A stretch of 64,000 nucleotides of DNA from Octopus sinensis (taxonomy: Eukaryota), in assembly GCF_006345805.1 (NCBI RefSeq), contig NC_043000.1, positions 24,862,001 through 24,926,000 of the forward strand, in the 5' to 3' direction. Of the stretch, positions 1 through 13,200 are shown one piece after another (positions within the stretch are counted from its first letter, which is position 1; the number at the start of each line of letters is the position of its first letter). Under the pieces are notes generated by a model. The model did no database searches. It saw only the letters and a program-made list of their open reading frames with translations, and was not told the origin of the DNA. The translations under genes were made by a program, and so were the position numbers.

Positions 1-320
1 CGAGACCCTGCGGCGCAAGTTGACCAAAATTGAGAGTATGATAGAAGAAGGCTTACTCTTCATTCCGTAGAAGAAAAAATTCAAATCGGACTATGTTAAC
101 ACCAAAAATTATTTACATCAAAAAGGTGCTTTTTTTCTATGAAAACCCTTATTTTTTACGATTTTTTTACTGTTGTGTCGCCATTTCTCGGTGTATTTCA
201 ACTGGAAAAATGTTCACTTTAAGAGAATAACAAGCTAAATAATGCAAAATTTTTACTTTTCAAAAATTCCAATTCTATAGGGTTGAAACAAACCTGAGCA
301 ACGCTAGGCGATACTGCTAG
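1..320 (+). mobile_element. Non-autonomous Helitron-like element, 5' end cut by window edge
   Basis: Near-identical to 46155-46467; ends in a hairpin-like CCTGAGCAACGCTAGG followed by CTAG|T, the typical Helitron 3' end. Confidence 0.6.
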
Positions 321-685
321 TTTCATGATAAAGGCAAGATGATGTTTTTATAATGCACCAGTGATGTGGACTAACACACGTAGATTTGATTTGAGACAAA
401 TTAATTAATTAATTCTACACTACAATTATCTGGCATGTCTATTCAATATTAGCAGTAGAAGTCTGTATGGTAATAGTAACGATCTGAAATCACCTATTTC
501 TAACCAATCAGTGACTTAGATATTATATTAACAAGCATTACAAGTCACTAACAGATTATCATATCTTACAGACAATGGAGCCTGATGTGGCTACCTGTCT
601 TGCCAGCTCCTATCAAACAGTTCAATCCATGTCAGATTGGGAAACAGACACTAAATGATGGGGATGATGATAGTGGTATATAAGA

Positions 686-922
686 AGGCAGTGAGCCTGG
701 CAGAAACATTAGCACGCCAGGTGAAATGCTCAGCAGTATTTCATCTGGCACTACATTCTGAGTTCAAATTCAGCTGAGGTCGACTTTGCCTTTCATCCTT
801 TCAGGGTCAATAAATTAAATACCAGTTACGCACTGGGGTCGATGTAATCGACTTGATCAGTTTGTCTGTCCTTGTTTGTCCCTTCTGTGTGTAGCCCCTT
901 GTGGGCAGTAAAGAAATAGGTA
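686..922 (+). mobile_element. tRNA-derived SINE family B (OK/Meta-domain-like)
   Basis: GAGTTCAAATT B-box-like motif plus the GTCGACTTTGCCTTTCATCCTTTC.GGGTC.ATAAA core; more than 20 copies in the window. Confidence 0.8.
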
Positions 923-1167
923 TATAAGAAGCACTATTTTTTTTTTAAAAGTCTCAAAAATCACCCTGAGTCTTATATACAAAATTGGGATTCTCATCAG
1001 CTAATTTCATCCTTGGCACCTCATTTTTTTTGCTGAATATACACAGCTGAAATTGTGGTGCATCTAATATATCCATGCATTTTTTATGCCTCCAAATACA
1101 TTACTTACCGGTATTATTTGTCAGGAGTCACAGCTCAACAAAATACAAGCAACTCTTCCATGATCTT

Positions 1168-1686
1168 TTGCACCTTGGCAGAAGCCAAGTGAGACCATAG
1201 CCCGTGGCCTATGCCAGTGGGTGTAACCAGCCCACTTATGAGTACCCCTCATTCATTGGACAATAAACTTTGCTTGTGAAGACCTATTGAGGCAAGTGAA
1301 ATCAAATTCAAAATCGCTGACGTGGCTGATGATAGTACCGCCCAATTGGCACTCATGCCAGTGGGATGTTAAAAGCACATCTGAGCGTGATCGTTGCCAC
1401 AGCCATGGATTGGCTTCTGTGCCAGTGGCACATAAAAAGCACCATTCAAGTGTGGTTATTGCCAGCATTGCCTTACCAGCACATGCCAACCACTCTGAGA
1501 GTGTAGTGGGTGCTTTTTACATGCCACTGGTATGGGAGCTAGTCAGGCGGCCCTGGTATCGATCACATTTGGATAGTGCTTTTTACATGCCACTAGCATG
1601 GAAGCCTGTCTGGGGGCACTGGCATCGACCACATTCGGATGGTGCTTTTTACATGCCACCAGTATGGAACCCAGTCAGGCAGACCT

Positions 1687-1690
<4 letters not shown>
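1168..1690 (+). mobile_element. RTE LINE 3'UTR fragment with tandem GGCAC.TAAAAAGCACC-type units
   Basis: Same 3'UTR as follows the RTE ORF2 C-terminus at 28090-28566 and 61627-62510; explains ORFs 1253-1489 and 1287-1790. Confidence 0.7.
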
Positions 1691-1724
<34 letters not shown>

Positions 1725-2344
1725 CTGCCCTCCCCTCCACACACATATGAAGTTATCCAATCAATGCCTGTGCCACCGTTCATCAGCTGATGTGTGAAGA
1801 ATGGTGACATGAGTATTGATTACTGATTGATGATCAGATAATTTCATACCCCCAGTTTGCCAGGAAACCTAGAATACAGTATGTAAGCCATAATTGTATA
1901 ATACATCAAATATGTTCCTTTGTCTCAATGATACTAACATCTACTTCTTTGTAGTAACAACATGTGGCTAGTCATTTTATATACACATTCATACATACAT
2001 ATATATTTTACACACCCATGCACACACAACCCACACCCATACTTGGAAAGAAATGTGTCTATACACTTCGTTAGCAAACTCTGTACAACACGGTGTTCAT
2101 TTCTGTAATTATTTGTATAATATTCTTGACATCAAAATTGAAGCTTCTTTAGACGCAACATTAATTTTATTCTTGTTGATCATACTTGTCATAACTAAAT
2201 TATTTTATTGACAGGCAGAGATTTTATATTTCCCATTATATGATTATTACTGAATAAAACTATCTATCTTGTCAGCTATTTTGAATTTCAAGTTTTGGTC
2301 AAGTATATATATTTTCCACTGAAGTATGTCTGGGTAGTGGAGAT

Positions 2345-2770
2345 TTGAAGCTAGAAACCAAAGACCTGACTTATCAAATTCCATTCAAAAAAAGATGTAA
2401 TAATAATAATAATAATAATAGAAAGAATAGAAAGTGCCAGATAATTGACTTTACAGTCCCAAATGATGAAAAAAATCAATGAGGGAGGTATAGAAAAAAT
2501 AGCAAAGTTCCAGGACCTAGCCATTGAATTACAGAAACTATGGAAAGTGCGGGTAAAATGTATCCCAGTAGTTATAGGAACTATTCTTAAAGATCTGAAC
2601 AGATGGATAGAGGAAATAGGCATAAAACCCAGTTTAGTATAGCTGTAGAAGACAGTGTTATTCAGGACAGCTAAAATACTTAGGAGGGTTCCTGTCATCT
2701 AAGGTTACTTGCTGTAGCCCAATGTTAGGAAATTTTATTTTCTAACAGTCTAATCTGTTGTGAGTATATG
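2345..2770 (+). mobile_element. 3' end of R4/Dong-like non-LTR retrotransposon (restriction-like endonuclease C-terminus)
   Basis: Translates RPD...EKIAKFQDLAIELQKLWKVRVKCIPVVIGT...KTVLFRTAKILRRV*, matching the RLE pattern EK..KY.DL..E..R.W....PVV.G; second copy at 39630-39810. Confidence 0.8.
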
Positions 2771-2936
2771 GATAATAATACTGATGATGATGATGATAAT
2801 ACGTTCAACTATAGTCACAAGGCCTGAAATTTGGGGGAGGGGTATTTGAACTCAGAACATAAAGATGGACGAAAAACAATTTTTCGTCCAGCTCACAATT
2901 CTGCCAGCTCACCATATCAATAATAATAATAATAAC

Positions 2937-3300
2937 AACAAGAGCACTCAGAGAGCGCAAACCTTTGCCAAGGCAGCACCAATGTTCTCTCAACGATTAG
3001 CCAGAGATGATTTTTAAAATGAGAATATCTGAAATAAACTCGACTGCTCACACAAACGAGAATGCTAAAAATGAACCCGACCGCTCTCAAAAATTAAGTA
3101 AAAATAGCCAGAAAAATGATCCAGAATCCTTGTCCGGTAATGGATCAATCCCAAAATCTAATCACTTTGTGCCAGTCATAAGGCCAAACATCCCTGAAAG
3201 TTTCATCCGAGTCCATCACGCAGTTCATGAGATATCTTGTCCATGGAGAAACAAACAAACATAACTGAAAACAATACCTCCGCCTTCACTAAGGAGGACA
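2937..3300 (+). mobile_element. Non-autonomous Helentron/HINE-like element
   Basis: Second copy at 51363-51720; starts AACAAGAGCACTCAGAGAG, has subterminal ACCT..GCCAAGG and a 3' stem-loop ACCTCCGCCTTC.CTAAGG. Confidence 0.5.
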
Positions 3301-3464
3301 TAACAACAACAACAACAACAATAATAATAATAATAATAATGCATTTTGCTATAGGCACAAGGCATGAAATTTGTGGAGAGAGGCGAGATGGTTTCACTGA
3401 CTTCAGTACTTATTTTATTGATTCCAAATAATAATAATAATAAATTAAATACAAGTCTCTAAAA

Positions 3465-3740
3465 GATGAGCTTGTACCAATGTGGGCAATGAGGAGGGTA
3501 ACTGTCATCCCAGTAGTTGTAAGGGCACTGGGAGCATTAACAACCAGATCTGAGAAATTTACTGGAGAAATTGGGATTGGCCTGCTCAGAAAATTGCTTT
3601 ATTGGGGATAGCAAGAATTTTGAAATTGGTAGTAGGATGTTAAGTAACATAGAAAGGGACCCTGTGAAACCTTTGACAAGAGGTTTTTGTCTGCTCTTAC
3701 AGAATTAGCTGGAGAAAGTGAAATCGAGAGCTCTGAGTAG
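3465..3740 (+). mobile_element. 3' end of a second R4/Dong-like RLE retrotransposon
   Basis: ELVPMWAMRRVTVIPVVVRALGAL...KIALLGIARILK; flanked by (TAA)n. Confidence 0.7.
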
Positions 3741-3763
3741 TGAAATGGAAATAATAATAATAA

Positions 3764-4085
3764 TATGCCTACTGATAGGAATGTCTCAGCAAAGGAATTT
3801 GAAAAACTGTCGAAATATAAGGACCTTGAGATTGAGATATCTAGAATGTGGCAATTAAAACCCAAATCAACCCTGTTGTAGTAGCTGCTCTGGGAATGAT
3901 CAAAAAAGGTACTGACAAATTTTTTCACCAGATCCCAGGGAGACCAACAATCTATGAGACTCAAAACATTGTGCTGACATCAACTGCCCTCATTCTCAGG
4001 AAGTTTCTCTCCATCTAATACATACGTGCCTTAGGTCTCTGATTGAGACCCGGTCAAAAGATGAAATAAAATGTCAGTCAATTAC
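3764..4085 (+). mobile_element. 3' end of a third R4/Dong-like RLE retrotransposon
   Basis: MPTDRNVSAKEFEKLSKYKDLEIEISRMWQLK..PVVVAALGMIKKG...QNIVLTSTALILRKFLSI* (one frameshift); flanked by (TAA)n. Confidence 0.85.
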
Positions 4086-4094
4086 AAAATAATA

Positions 4095-4129
<35 letters not shown>

Positions 4130-4130
4130 T

Positions 4131-4641
4131 TTAACTGATTGGAAGTGTTATCATGTACATTGTTTTGTCTTGGTATAAAAGATGGGCTACAGCAAATATT
4201 CTGCTCTGTACCACAGATTTACTTGTCAGTTGTTTGACCTTAACCAGTTGAGCATGTCCCTTAGTGGCTGACGATATGTGCATCTCTGATCATGAGCAGA
4301 CGTAGTGGGGGAGCATCATAGCCATGTGTTGAGAGGGATTCTTTGGGATTTGAATAATTCACCTCTGGAAACATGGGTGGTTCTTTCAACATCCTTAAAC
4401 AACCCTTATTCAGGGACCTTTTGAGCGGGATGGGCTACTCAACCTGAAGAAATTTCTAACTGGGCCCCACCTGCAAGGTCATGTGCTGTTTATCTTAATA
4501 TGAGATCACCATGTCGCGCACATATGGTTGTGATGCATGTGCCTGGTGTACCTTTATCAGACGGGTAGTCATGATGGGTATATTGGGCTTCGTATATTTT
4601 ACCCCAGTGTCACTTTGATGGCATGCACTGTTCTCTCACTC
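4131..4641. repeat. Interspersed ~500-bp repeat embedded in (TAA)n
   Basis: High-identity second copy at 41428-41888, also bounded by (TAA)n; no coding motif recognised. Confidence 0.75.
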
Positions 4642-5457
4642 AATAATAATAATAATAATAATAGTGATAATAATAAACAAAGGAAAAATAGACTTTACCA
4701 GATACTGAATTATTTCTTGGAGATTTGTACTCACCTGAAAATATATAAAAAAAAATATATAATAATATATTGGATTTGATTCATTTAAAAGAACAGATGT
4801 GCATAATATAAAAGAACAAATGTGTATGATATAGTCCATAATAATTCATAAACTGTGAGATTATAAATATATTAGTTTTTATAGAAATATTAAACTTTTG
4901 TTTTTAATGGTGGAACTTGAAGTAGATAAAGCTATAAGTGATAGAATGTACAATATTGGATTTTAAAACTCCTTGAATTGAAAAAGATCGAAAGATGCTT
5001 ATGGGCCAAGAACCCACATCTTTTGTAAATATGACAGACAAGCAGCTTTCAATTTCCCCCCCCCCACCCCTAAGTATTTTAATCCAATATTCTACAGGCT
5101 ATCATTCATAGTTTTATCTACTTTCAGCTCTACAACTAAAAAAAAAAAAAGATACTAGTTTTAATTACATTTTTCTTACTTCTAAAATTGAGAATCAAAG
5201 AGATACAATATCATAAACTCTTTAAGCCTATCAGTAAGCATCAGCAGGTGTGATTTTATTTCACTAAAACCCTGGAAAACACGAAAGTGGGTAGCCACAT
5301 GACTTTGTACTTATAGCTGAAAATGATGAGGTTTCTGCCAATTAATGAGCTGTAAACTAAAAGCCATGTGGATACCTGTTTTTCATCTTCCAGAGTAATT
5401 AATAAACACCATGCTGAAAGACACACCATGCTTTGCTTCCAGCCCAGGAACTGAATC

Positions 5458-5680
5458 TATGAGGAATTACTGACAAGTTCCTGACTTTGGGTAAAAGAAA
5501 ATACAGGAGGATCAGTTAATTATGATTTTATTCAACATATTCCCCACTCAGATTCATACACTTATTGCAGTGGTCCTTCAGTTTTTCTGAGCCCTGTAAA
5601 AGAAGTCAGAAAGTTGGGCCTTCAACCATTCCTTTCGCAATACCCTTAAAGCCAGGAACTTTTCAGCACCCCCTTGCATA
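5458..5680. mobile_element. Mariner-derived MITE
   Basis: TIR of the GAGGGGGTGCTGAAAAGTTCCTGGCTTT type, TA flanks; copies at 26593-26805 and 54297-54517. Confidence 0.75.
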
Positions 5681-8090
5681 GCTTTATGACTGTAAACCCA
5701 ACAGAGTAATCACTAGACAACATGCCTTTCAAATGTACCAAAAGTACAACCATTCAGTTTTATACAAGCCTAGGTAAAAGATTTCTTTGAATGTAAATAT
5801 TTGTTTTTATCATTGGATGCTTGTTCCACAACAAGCTTACAATGGAGAAATTGAGATGATACCTATCTTTAAGAAAGTAATGTGTTTTGCCATGTGGTTC
5901 AATGTTGATGTTAGATTTTAACTTTTGATCTGAAGGTTTAATGCTTTTACATATAAACCACACAATCACTACACCAACCAAACCAACTTATCTCAAGCAT
6001 TGAATCACATGTATATTTTAAATACTTTTCAAGTTATACTGTTCTCATAGCTAACTCTATTAACATCAACCTTCAAGTACTGTATCAGCTGTGAATGCCA
6101 AAATAGCCTATTGTAACACATAAAACACCTTACTGTATACAACATGTCCATCTTAAAACTATTTTACTAAATGGTATAATTTTTCAGACAACTGTTTCAT
6201 TCTAATGAGAAGAGAAATGTTAAATTCATTTCCATAGATATTCTTTTTTGGTAGATGTAAAAAACTAGGAAAAGAATCGGGATAACAGCATATCTATTAA
6301 CCCATTCATAAGCAAATTTCCAATAAATACATTGCTAATGTTTTAATTAATTTTCAAAAATGATCAAGAATTCAGTAGTGATTAGCAAAATAACTCATTA
6401 ATAAGGTGGTGTTTTGAAAATAATTAAGCAAGGAGTTCTTAGATATACTTATGGTATTTAAGTTTTAATTAAATACAGACAATTTAAAATAAGAGGTTTT
6501 GTAACATAGAACCAGATGAAATTTCAGACAGGTTGGTATTGAAACAGTTAAAAGAAAAGTGAGAGATAAAGTTAGATTGCTTAACTTTTGCATGAGATAA
6601 CAACAGAACAGAGAGAGAGGGTGGGGGAGGGAGAGAAAGAAAGAGAGCGAGAAAGAGGTGTGTGCGTGTGTGTGCGCATGTGTGTAGGGTATATTTATGA
6701 CTAATAATTCCTAAATTCTTAAATTCACAGAAATACTTTTTATATACAAAAAAATTCTACATAAACACATTTTTGAATGAAGAATTTGAATTTAAGAGAA
6801 AAATAAAACTATTTTAGAAAGACTTTAAAATCTATTTTTATAATTATATTTTAAATTGCTGTTGATAGATAAATTCTCATTCGTTACTTCAATGAATGAA
6901 AAAGAATTAAATGTATAATAACATGGATAATACATGAATAAATAATATATTTATAATAACATGCATAGTACGTATGGCGTATGCCAGCACATACATATGT
7001 TCATGTATTAATATTTAATAACTTCCTCAGTTAAATCGAATCTTATAAATAAACCATTAATATTATATAAGAATTATGTTGGAATATGTGAAGAAAATAA
7101 GGTTATAGCCAATGTTAGGAATAGCAATAGAAATGAACTTTATATAAATAACAATATTGAAGAAGCAAGCAAGAATATGACCAAATCTGAAAATATGACA
7201 AGAATTCTTAAAGAAGGCTATGGAGGGGGAAAACCCCCCAAAAAACAGTGGAGGCAGGGAAACTATATATTATATATTAAGTTTCTAAGCTAAACAAGAG
7301 TGATTCAAAAAAAGATAAATTTTTATACCAGAAACAGAATGTTACATTAATAAACAATATTTCAAAAGAAGAAAGAAAAATCCCTTAGTTTTGGATTTCT
7401 ATTCCTGGAAAACTACAAAGGAATTTTGAATATATATATATATTCCTTTAAAAATGCGACTGAATAAGACATATTGAAAAGAATTAAGATATCAACAAGA
7501 TATGATAACTGACAATGGACAAAACTACTGGATTATCCTAGAGGATTTGGAATTAAGAAAATATTTTCAGCTTCAGATTAAAGTTGATAATTTTGAAACT
7601 GAGTAAAAAAAAAAAAAAAAATCATGTGACTGAGTCAGATGAAGTTGAATAAAAGACAACCTCACCATAGACCATTCCAGAGCCAATACTAGTACGACAT
7701 AGGAATCATATTAAATTACTATATTTTAACAGTAAACATGTTTTCAAGCTTGCTATGACTATTGCTAATATTATGAAACGGATACACCAAGAGACCTCAG
7801 AAACTGTGTTGCACAGATGAAATCTTAGACAAATCCTGCTGCTACGGAAAAGCAATCATGAAGCAAGGAGTAGACCTTGATGATGATGATGATTTACAAG
7901 GCTCAAATTTGATTCCCTAATAAAAGTGGAAGGCTAGAGTTAAATAATATGATGCCACAGTATAAATGATATCTGTTTTATCAGCTTTAAGTGAAAGATT
8001 TCACCAGCTGTTTTTAAAAAGTAAGAGTCACCATTCTCATCCAATCGTATTTTTCAAACATTTTAATTTAGTTATTCTATTGAGGTTATT

Positions 8091-8312
8091 TCTTTTACTC
8101 TTTTACTTGTTTCAATCATTTGATTGGGGCCATGCTGGAGCACCGCTTTTAGTTGAGCAAATCGACCCCAGGACTTATTCTTTGTAAGCCTAGTACTTAT
8201 TCTATCAGTCTCTTTTGCCGAACCGCTACGTTACAGGGACATAAACACACCAGCATCGGTTGTCAAGCTATGTTGGGGTGACAAACACAGGCACACAAAC
8301 ATACACACACAC

Positions 8313-8345
<33 letters not shown>

Positions 8346-8552
8346 CATATATATATACATACATATATATACATATATATACAAACATACGACAGGCTTC
8401 TTTCAGTTTCCGTCTACCAAATCCACTCACAAGGCTTTGGTCGGCCTGAGGCTATAGTAGAAGACATTCGCCCAAGGTGCCACGCAGTGGGACTGAACCC
8501 GGGACTATGCGGTTCGTAAGCAAGCTACTTACCACACAGCCACTCCTACACC
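8091..8552 (-). mobile_element. tRNA-derived CORE-type SINE family A (OR-like), full length
   Basis: Head GGAGTGGCTGTGTGGTAAG, B-box-like GGTTCAGTCCC, CORE-like ACCTTGGGCAAGTGTCTT, central (TA)/(CA) tract, GTAAAAGA tail. Confidence 0.85.
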
Positions 8553-10259
8553 CTTGTTTATTTTCTTTTTAGATTCTAAATGCACCACCACCAAGGAGCT
8601 CTTGTCTACTAATTGCCTTGATTATTTCAGTTAATGAAAGCTGTTCTACATACTATATAAGACACGCAAGGCCTTACTCTAAATGGATAAAAGTCAACTT
8701 GAATGAAATGTTGATTTAAGATGATTCTAAGACCAATGCAATTATCGAATTAAATTCTAGCTCATTATGTCAATCTCATTGAAGCAAACATCCATGTGTT
8801 GTAAATGCTGTTTAACCCCGGGATGACCTTGACTGAATAAGACCCATTAGATTAGCTGGGTGATAAATTTTTTGTAAAGTTCCTCAGTAGAGCATTTACA
8901 GAGAGAAACTATTTCATAATTTACTCATTAAGCACCAGCAATAAACATGATTAAGACAAGCAGTTGTTGTTGATGATGATGATGATGATTTTTATTGGTT
9001 CACATTTTACTGAGCCAGAATTATGATTGTCACTGTGGCAATGGTATTTCCAACATGCAATGTATATCTAATGAATATAAACGACTCTTTGTCATTATCG
9101 GCATTTGATGTTCACTATCCACACTTCCAATGGTTTCACAGAAATCAGTGAGCTGCAAGGCTGCACTGTATTTCAATGTCAGTTTTGGTATGGTCTGTAT
9201 GGCAGGATGTCCTTCTTGATGCCAACTACTTTGCAATACCAAGGACGCAATGTGACACCAAAATTCAAACTCACAACCTTATGATAGTGAACTGAATATC
9301 CTAACACTAAGCCATGTGCCTTCACAGCAATGGTTGATATAGAATAAAATACTCTAGATGGGCGACAGTGGGCAAAATATGGTTAGAGCGAATGGCCCTA
9401 CTCTAAGCATGTGTTTGTTTGTAGATTGGAGAGGATGATGAGGGCTAGTGCCTTTGGTGGTCAGTAATATTTGATCTTTTGATTTGATTTTGATTTTTCC
9501 AGTTTCAGCCCATGAGCTGTGGCCATGCTGGGGCACCGCCATTTGAAATATGTTGAAATTTATTTCATTAATGTCCCAGTAACAAAAATATTCAAACAAT
9601 TTAGGTACTTTTATTGTTCCACTGGCACTAGTAGCTTTGCTAAGTAACTTGCAAGATGGAAGAATAACAGGGAGAGGAAAAGAACAAATCAGATTTTGAT
9701 ATAAATTTTTCATTTTTATGAGACATATGTAAATGTGTTTTAAGAACTTTAAACTATGTGTTCGGAAATTATTATTTCAAAATCTCACAATGTGAGATAT
9801 TCAGCAACAGGACTTTGGAGTAAAGATTGTTTGCCAACATAACATGGCAGTCCTGGTTTAGGACTAATGCTGCTGTAATTTAGCCCCAGGAGACATTGTC
9901 TCCAGCTGGCTATACAACATGATCTGTGTCCTTATATTTTCAAACAAGGGAAGCCCCAGGAGGCATTGTCTCCAGCTGGCTACACGACACGATCTGTGTC
10001 CTTATATATAAGGATACAGATTGTGTCGTATAGCCAGCTGGAGACGATTTAAACTATGTGGTTGAGTTTCAAGTTTGATCCCACTTCACAAGAAAACTGT
10101 CTTTAATTATAGCCTTGGGTTGACTAGTGTCTTGTAGGTAAAATTTAGTAGACAGAAATGGTATTAATTATGTCGTGTGTGTGTGTGAGTTCCTGTCGGT
10201 GTGTCTTTGCACTGGCACTACTTATGCAATGATGTTACGGCTCCCACAAACAAAATGTC

Positions 10260-10975
10260 TGGTAGTGGTTGATATAAGAAAAAAAAAAGAACTGGTACTC
10301 CATCCGTTACGAGGGTTCCAGTTGATCCAATTGACAGAACAACCTGCTCATGAAATCAACATGCAAGTAGCTGAGTATTCCACAGACACACATATCCTTA
10401 ACATAGTTCTCAGGGAGATTCAGTGTGAATGTAACAAGGTTGGCACTTTCAATAAAAAGGCCAACTCACTTATGTCCGCTGAGTGGACTAGAACAATATG
10501 AAATAAAGTGTCTTGCCCAAGGACACAACATGACACCAGAATTCAAACTCACAATCTTATGATTCATCATCATCATCATCGTTTAACATCCGTTTTCCAT
10601 GCTAGCATGGGTTGGACGGTTCAACAAGGGTCTGGGAAGTGAGGTGGCTGCACCAGGCTCTAGTCTGATCTGGCAGAATTTCTACAGCTGGATGCCCTTC
10701 CTAATGACAACCACTCCATGAGTGTAGTGGGTGCTTTTTACGTACCACTGGCATAGGAGCCAGAGGAGGCTGGCAACGGCTACAATCGGTTACTGCTTTT
10801 TACGTGCCACCGGCACGGACACCAGTCAAGGCAGCGCTGGCATCGTCTACGTTTGGATGGTGCTTTTTACGTGCCACTGGCACAGGTATCACAACTATAA
10901 TTTCCATTTGATTTTTATTTTTATGTCGATGATTGTGAACTGAATATCCTAACACTAAGCCATGTGTTTTCACAG
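10260..10975 (-). mobile_element. tRNA-derived SINE interrupted by an RTE 3' fragment (10565-10928)
   Basis: SINE head resumes at 10931; RTE piece has a (CAT)n tail and an ATGATT duplication at 10559-10564/10929-10934. Confidence 0.7.
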
Positions 10976-11624
10976 CAATGGTTGACATAAGAAGATGTAG
11001 GATAAAATACTCTAGTTTGAAAAAAAATCAGGTTAGTGTCAGTAGGGGACATTTGGTTGTAAAATACTGCTTCAAGAAGCCAAGTCCAACATATGCAGGC
11101 ATGAAAAAGGCAGACATAAAAGCAATTAATAATGATGCTAGCTGGGGAAGTGGGTAAGTCTTGACTTTTAGAATTGCAGGCTCTGGCTTAAGTACCAAGG
11201 GTCGTCCCTGGATATAGATCATCAAATACTTGAGAATATTTCAAGTCAATCACAAAACCGACCACTTCAAGATATAAGACACTTGAATTTAATCTGAGAT
11301 GAATATGTACAAAGAAGTCACATCTACATATTTACTAAACATATATTTTATATTGCTGTGAAATTAGGCCCCATGCTTTCAGGAGCTTAATTTCATAACG
11401 AGACTGACAAAATATATGTCAATAATATATATATATACATACACACAATTGCCATCTAAGAAATCCACAAAAACCGTTAGAGTCACTTCAACATTTAAAT
11501 TTAATTTGGCAAAATATTTTTGTTGCTTTGAGATCACAACCTGTTCACTGACAGAATTCCATGCTGCATTTTGTTCCAGCACACAATTTCAGATCAGGTC
11601 ACTTGCTATGCAAGTACATCTCTG

Positions 11625-11657
<33 letters not shown>

Positions 11658-12549
11658 TACTGGTAAATATTTCTGAATCCTAGAAAAGAAAAAAAGTTAG
11701 AAATTGCCTTCAGCAGGATTTGAACTCTGGACAGAAATTAAAATGTTGAGCCAAGCCATTCTGAAGTAGTAGTCATATATTTCTATCACTCTTTCAACTA
11801 CACACAGGCACTTAGATTCATACAAGCGCACACACACACACACCACTTAAGAATTCAATTCAGTAATATGTTGAAATTCATTTCATTAATGTCCCAGTAA
11901 CAAAAATATTCAAACAATTTAGTAATGGTTTAATGACGGTGAAACAAATGTTACTACACACTGTGCCATTGTAAACAAACAAAAAAAACCAAAAAACCCC
12001 AACAAACAGTAAATGTGTTGAGCAGTTTTGCCATAATGAGAAAATATTTACTTTTTCCAGCCTTCCTCTTAGTCAAAACTAATATTCATAGTTATATCTG
12101 TAATTTATATCTAAATCATTATGATGCCATGTCACTACAATTGTATTAAGATGACATCACTCTCGGTGCTGCGTTCGTTTACATTCATATTAACTGATAA
12201 TGAACTGATAAACTGATAAATTCCTCCTCTCACAGACATCATTTATCACTCCATTTATCTTTACACGAGTCACTGTTACTATCTATGGGTGGGTTGGTTG
12301 GTTGGAAGGGTTATAAAACTGGTGAGGGATCTACCACACAGTTGATTGATCTGTGAGAAATAACAGCCAAATTCCCTTTAATCTTCTGGCTCTTGATTGG
12401 TTTTACTCAGCAAAAATCATTTGGACCAGATCTCTGGTTGGAGGATACTTTTTTAATCTTTTCTTGCCACCAACCTCAAAAAACCCTGTAAAGGACCCTG
12501 GGTACCGTGACCCCTCTATTCTGATTAAGCAATTAAATGATTATTAATA

Positions 12550-13200
12550 ACTGCTTGTAATTTAGGAACAAGGCCAGAAATTAAAAGGGGAGAAGTTTAG
12601 TCAATGCCATTGACCCAAGTACTTGACTGGCACTTTATTTTATTGACCCAAGGAGGAAGAAAGTCAGAAGCTGGCCTTTTCAGAATTTGAACTCACAATG
12701 TACATGCTTGGAAGAAATCATTGCAAGACATTTTTCTGATACTTTACTGATTCTGCCAATCCTCAACAACAACAGAAATAATAATAATAATCCTTTCTAC
12801 TATAGGCACAAGGCCTGAAATTCTGGGGGCGGGGCAAGTTCAATTACATCAAGCCTGGGGCATAATTGATACTTATTTCATTGACCCCAAAACGATAAAG
12901 GGCAAAGTTGACCTCAGAACGTAAAGACTGATGAAATGCTGCTAAGCATTTTGTCTGGTATGCTAATGATTCTGCCAGCTCCTTACTACCTAAATAATAA
13001 TGATGATAATAATAATCCTTTCTACTATAAGCACAATGCCTGAAATTTTAGGGGAGGGGGATAACCGGTTACACTGATGCCAGTGTGTCACTGGTACTTC
13101 TTTCAATGACCCCAAAAGGATGAAAGGCAAAGTTGACCTCAGCAGGATTTGAACTCAGAATGTATAGATGGATGAAATGTTGCTAAGCACTTTGCCCAGC
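12550..13200 (-). mobile_element. Three stacked SINE-B copies separated by (TAA)n
   Basis: Repeated AATCCTTTCTACTATAGGCACAAGGCCTGAAATT tail and core. Confidence 0.75.

Noticed and set aside
1287-1790. Longest ORF in the track (167 aa)
   Set aside because: Runs through RTE 3'UTR tandem units and a (TA)n tract; no protein signal
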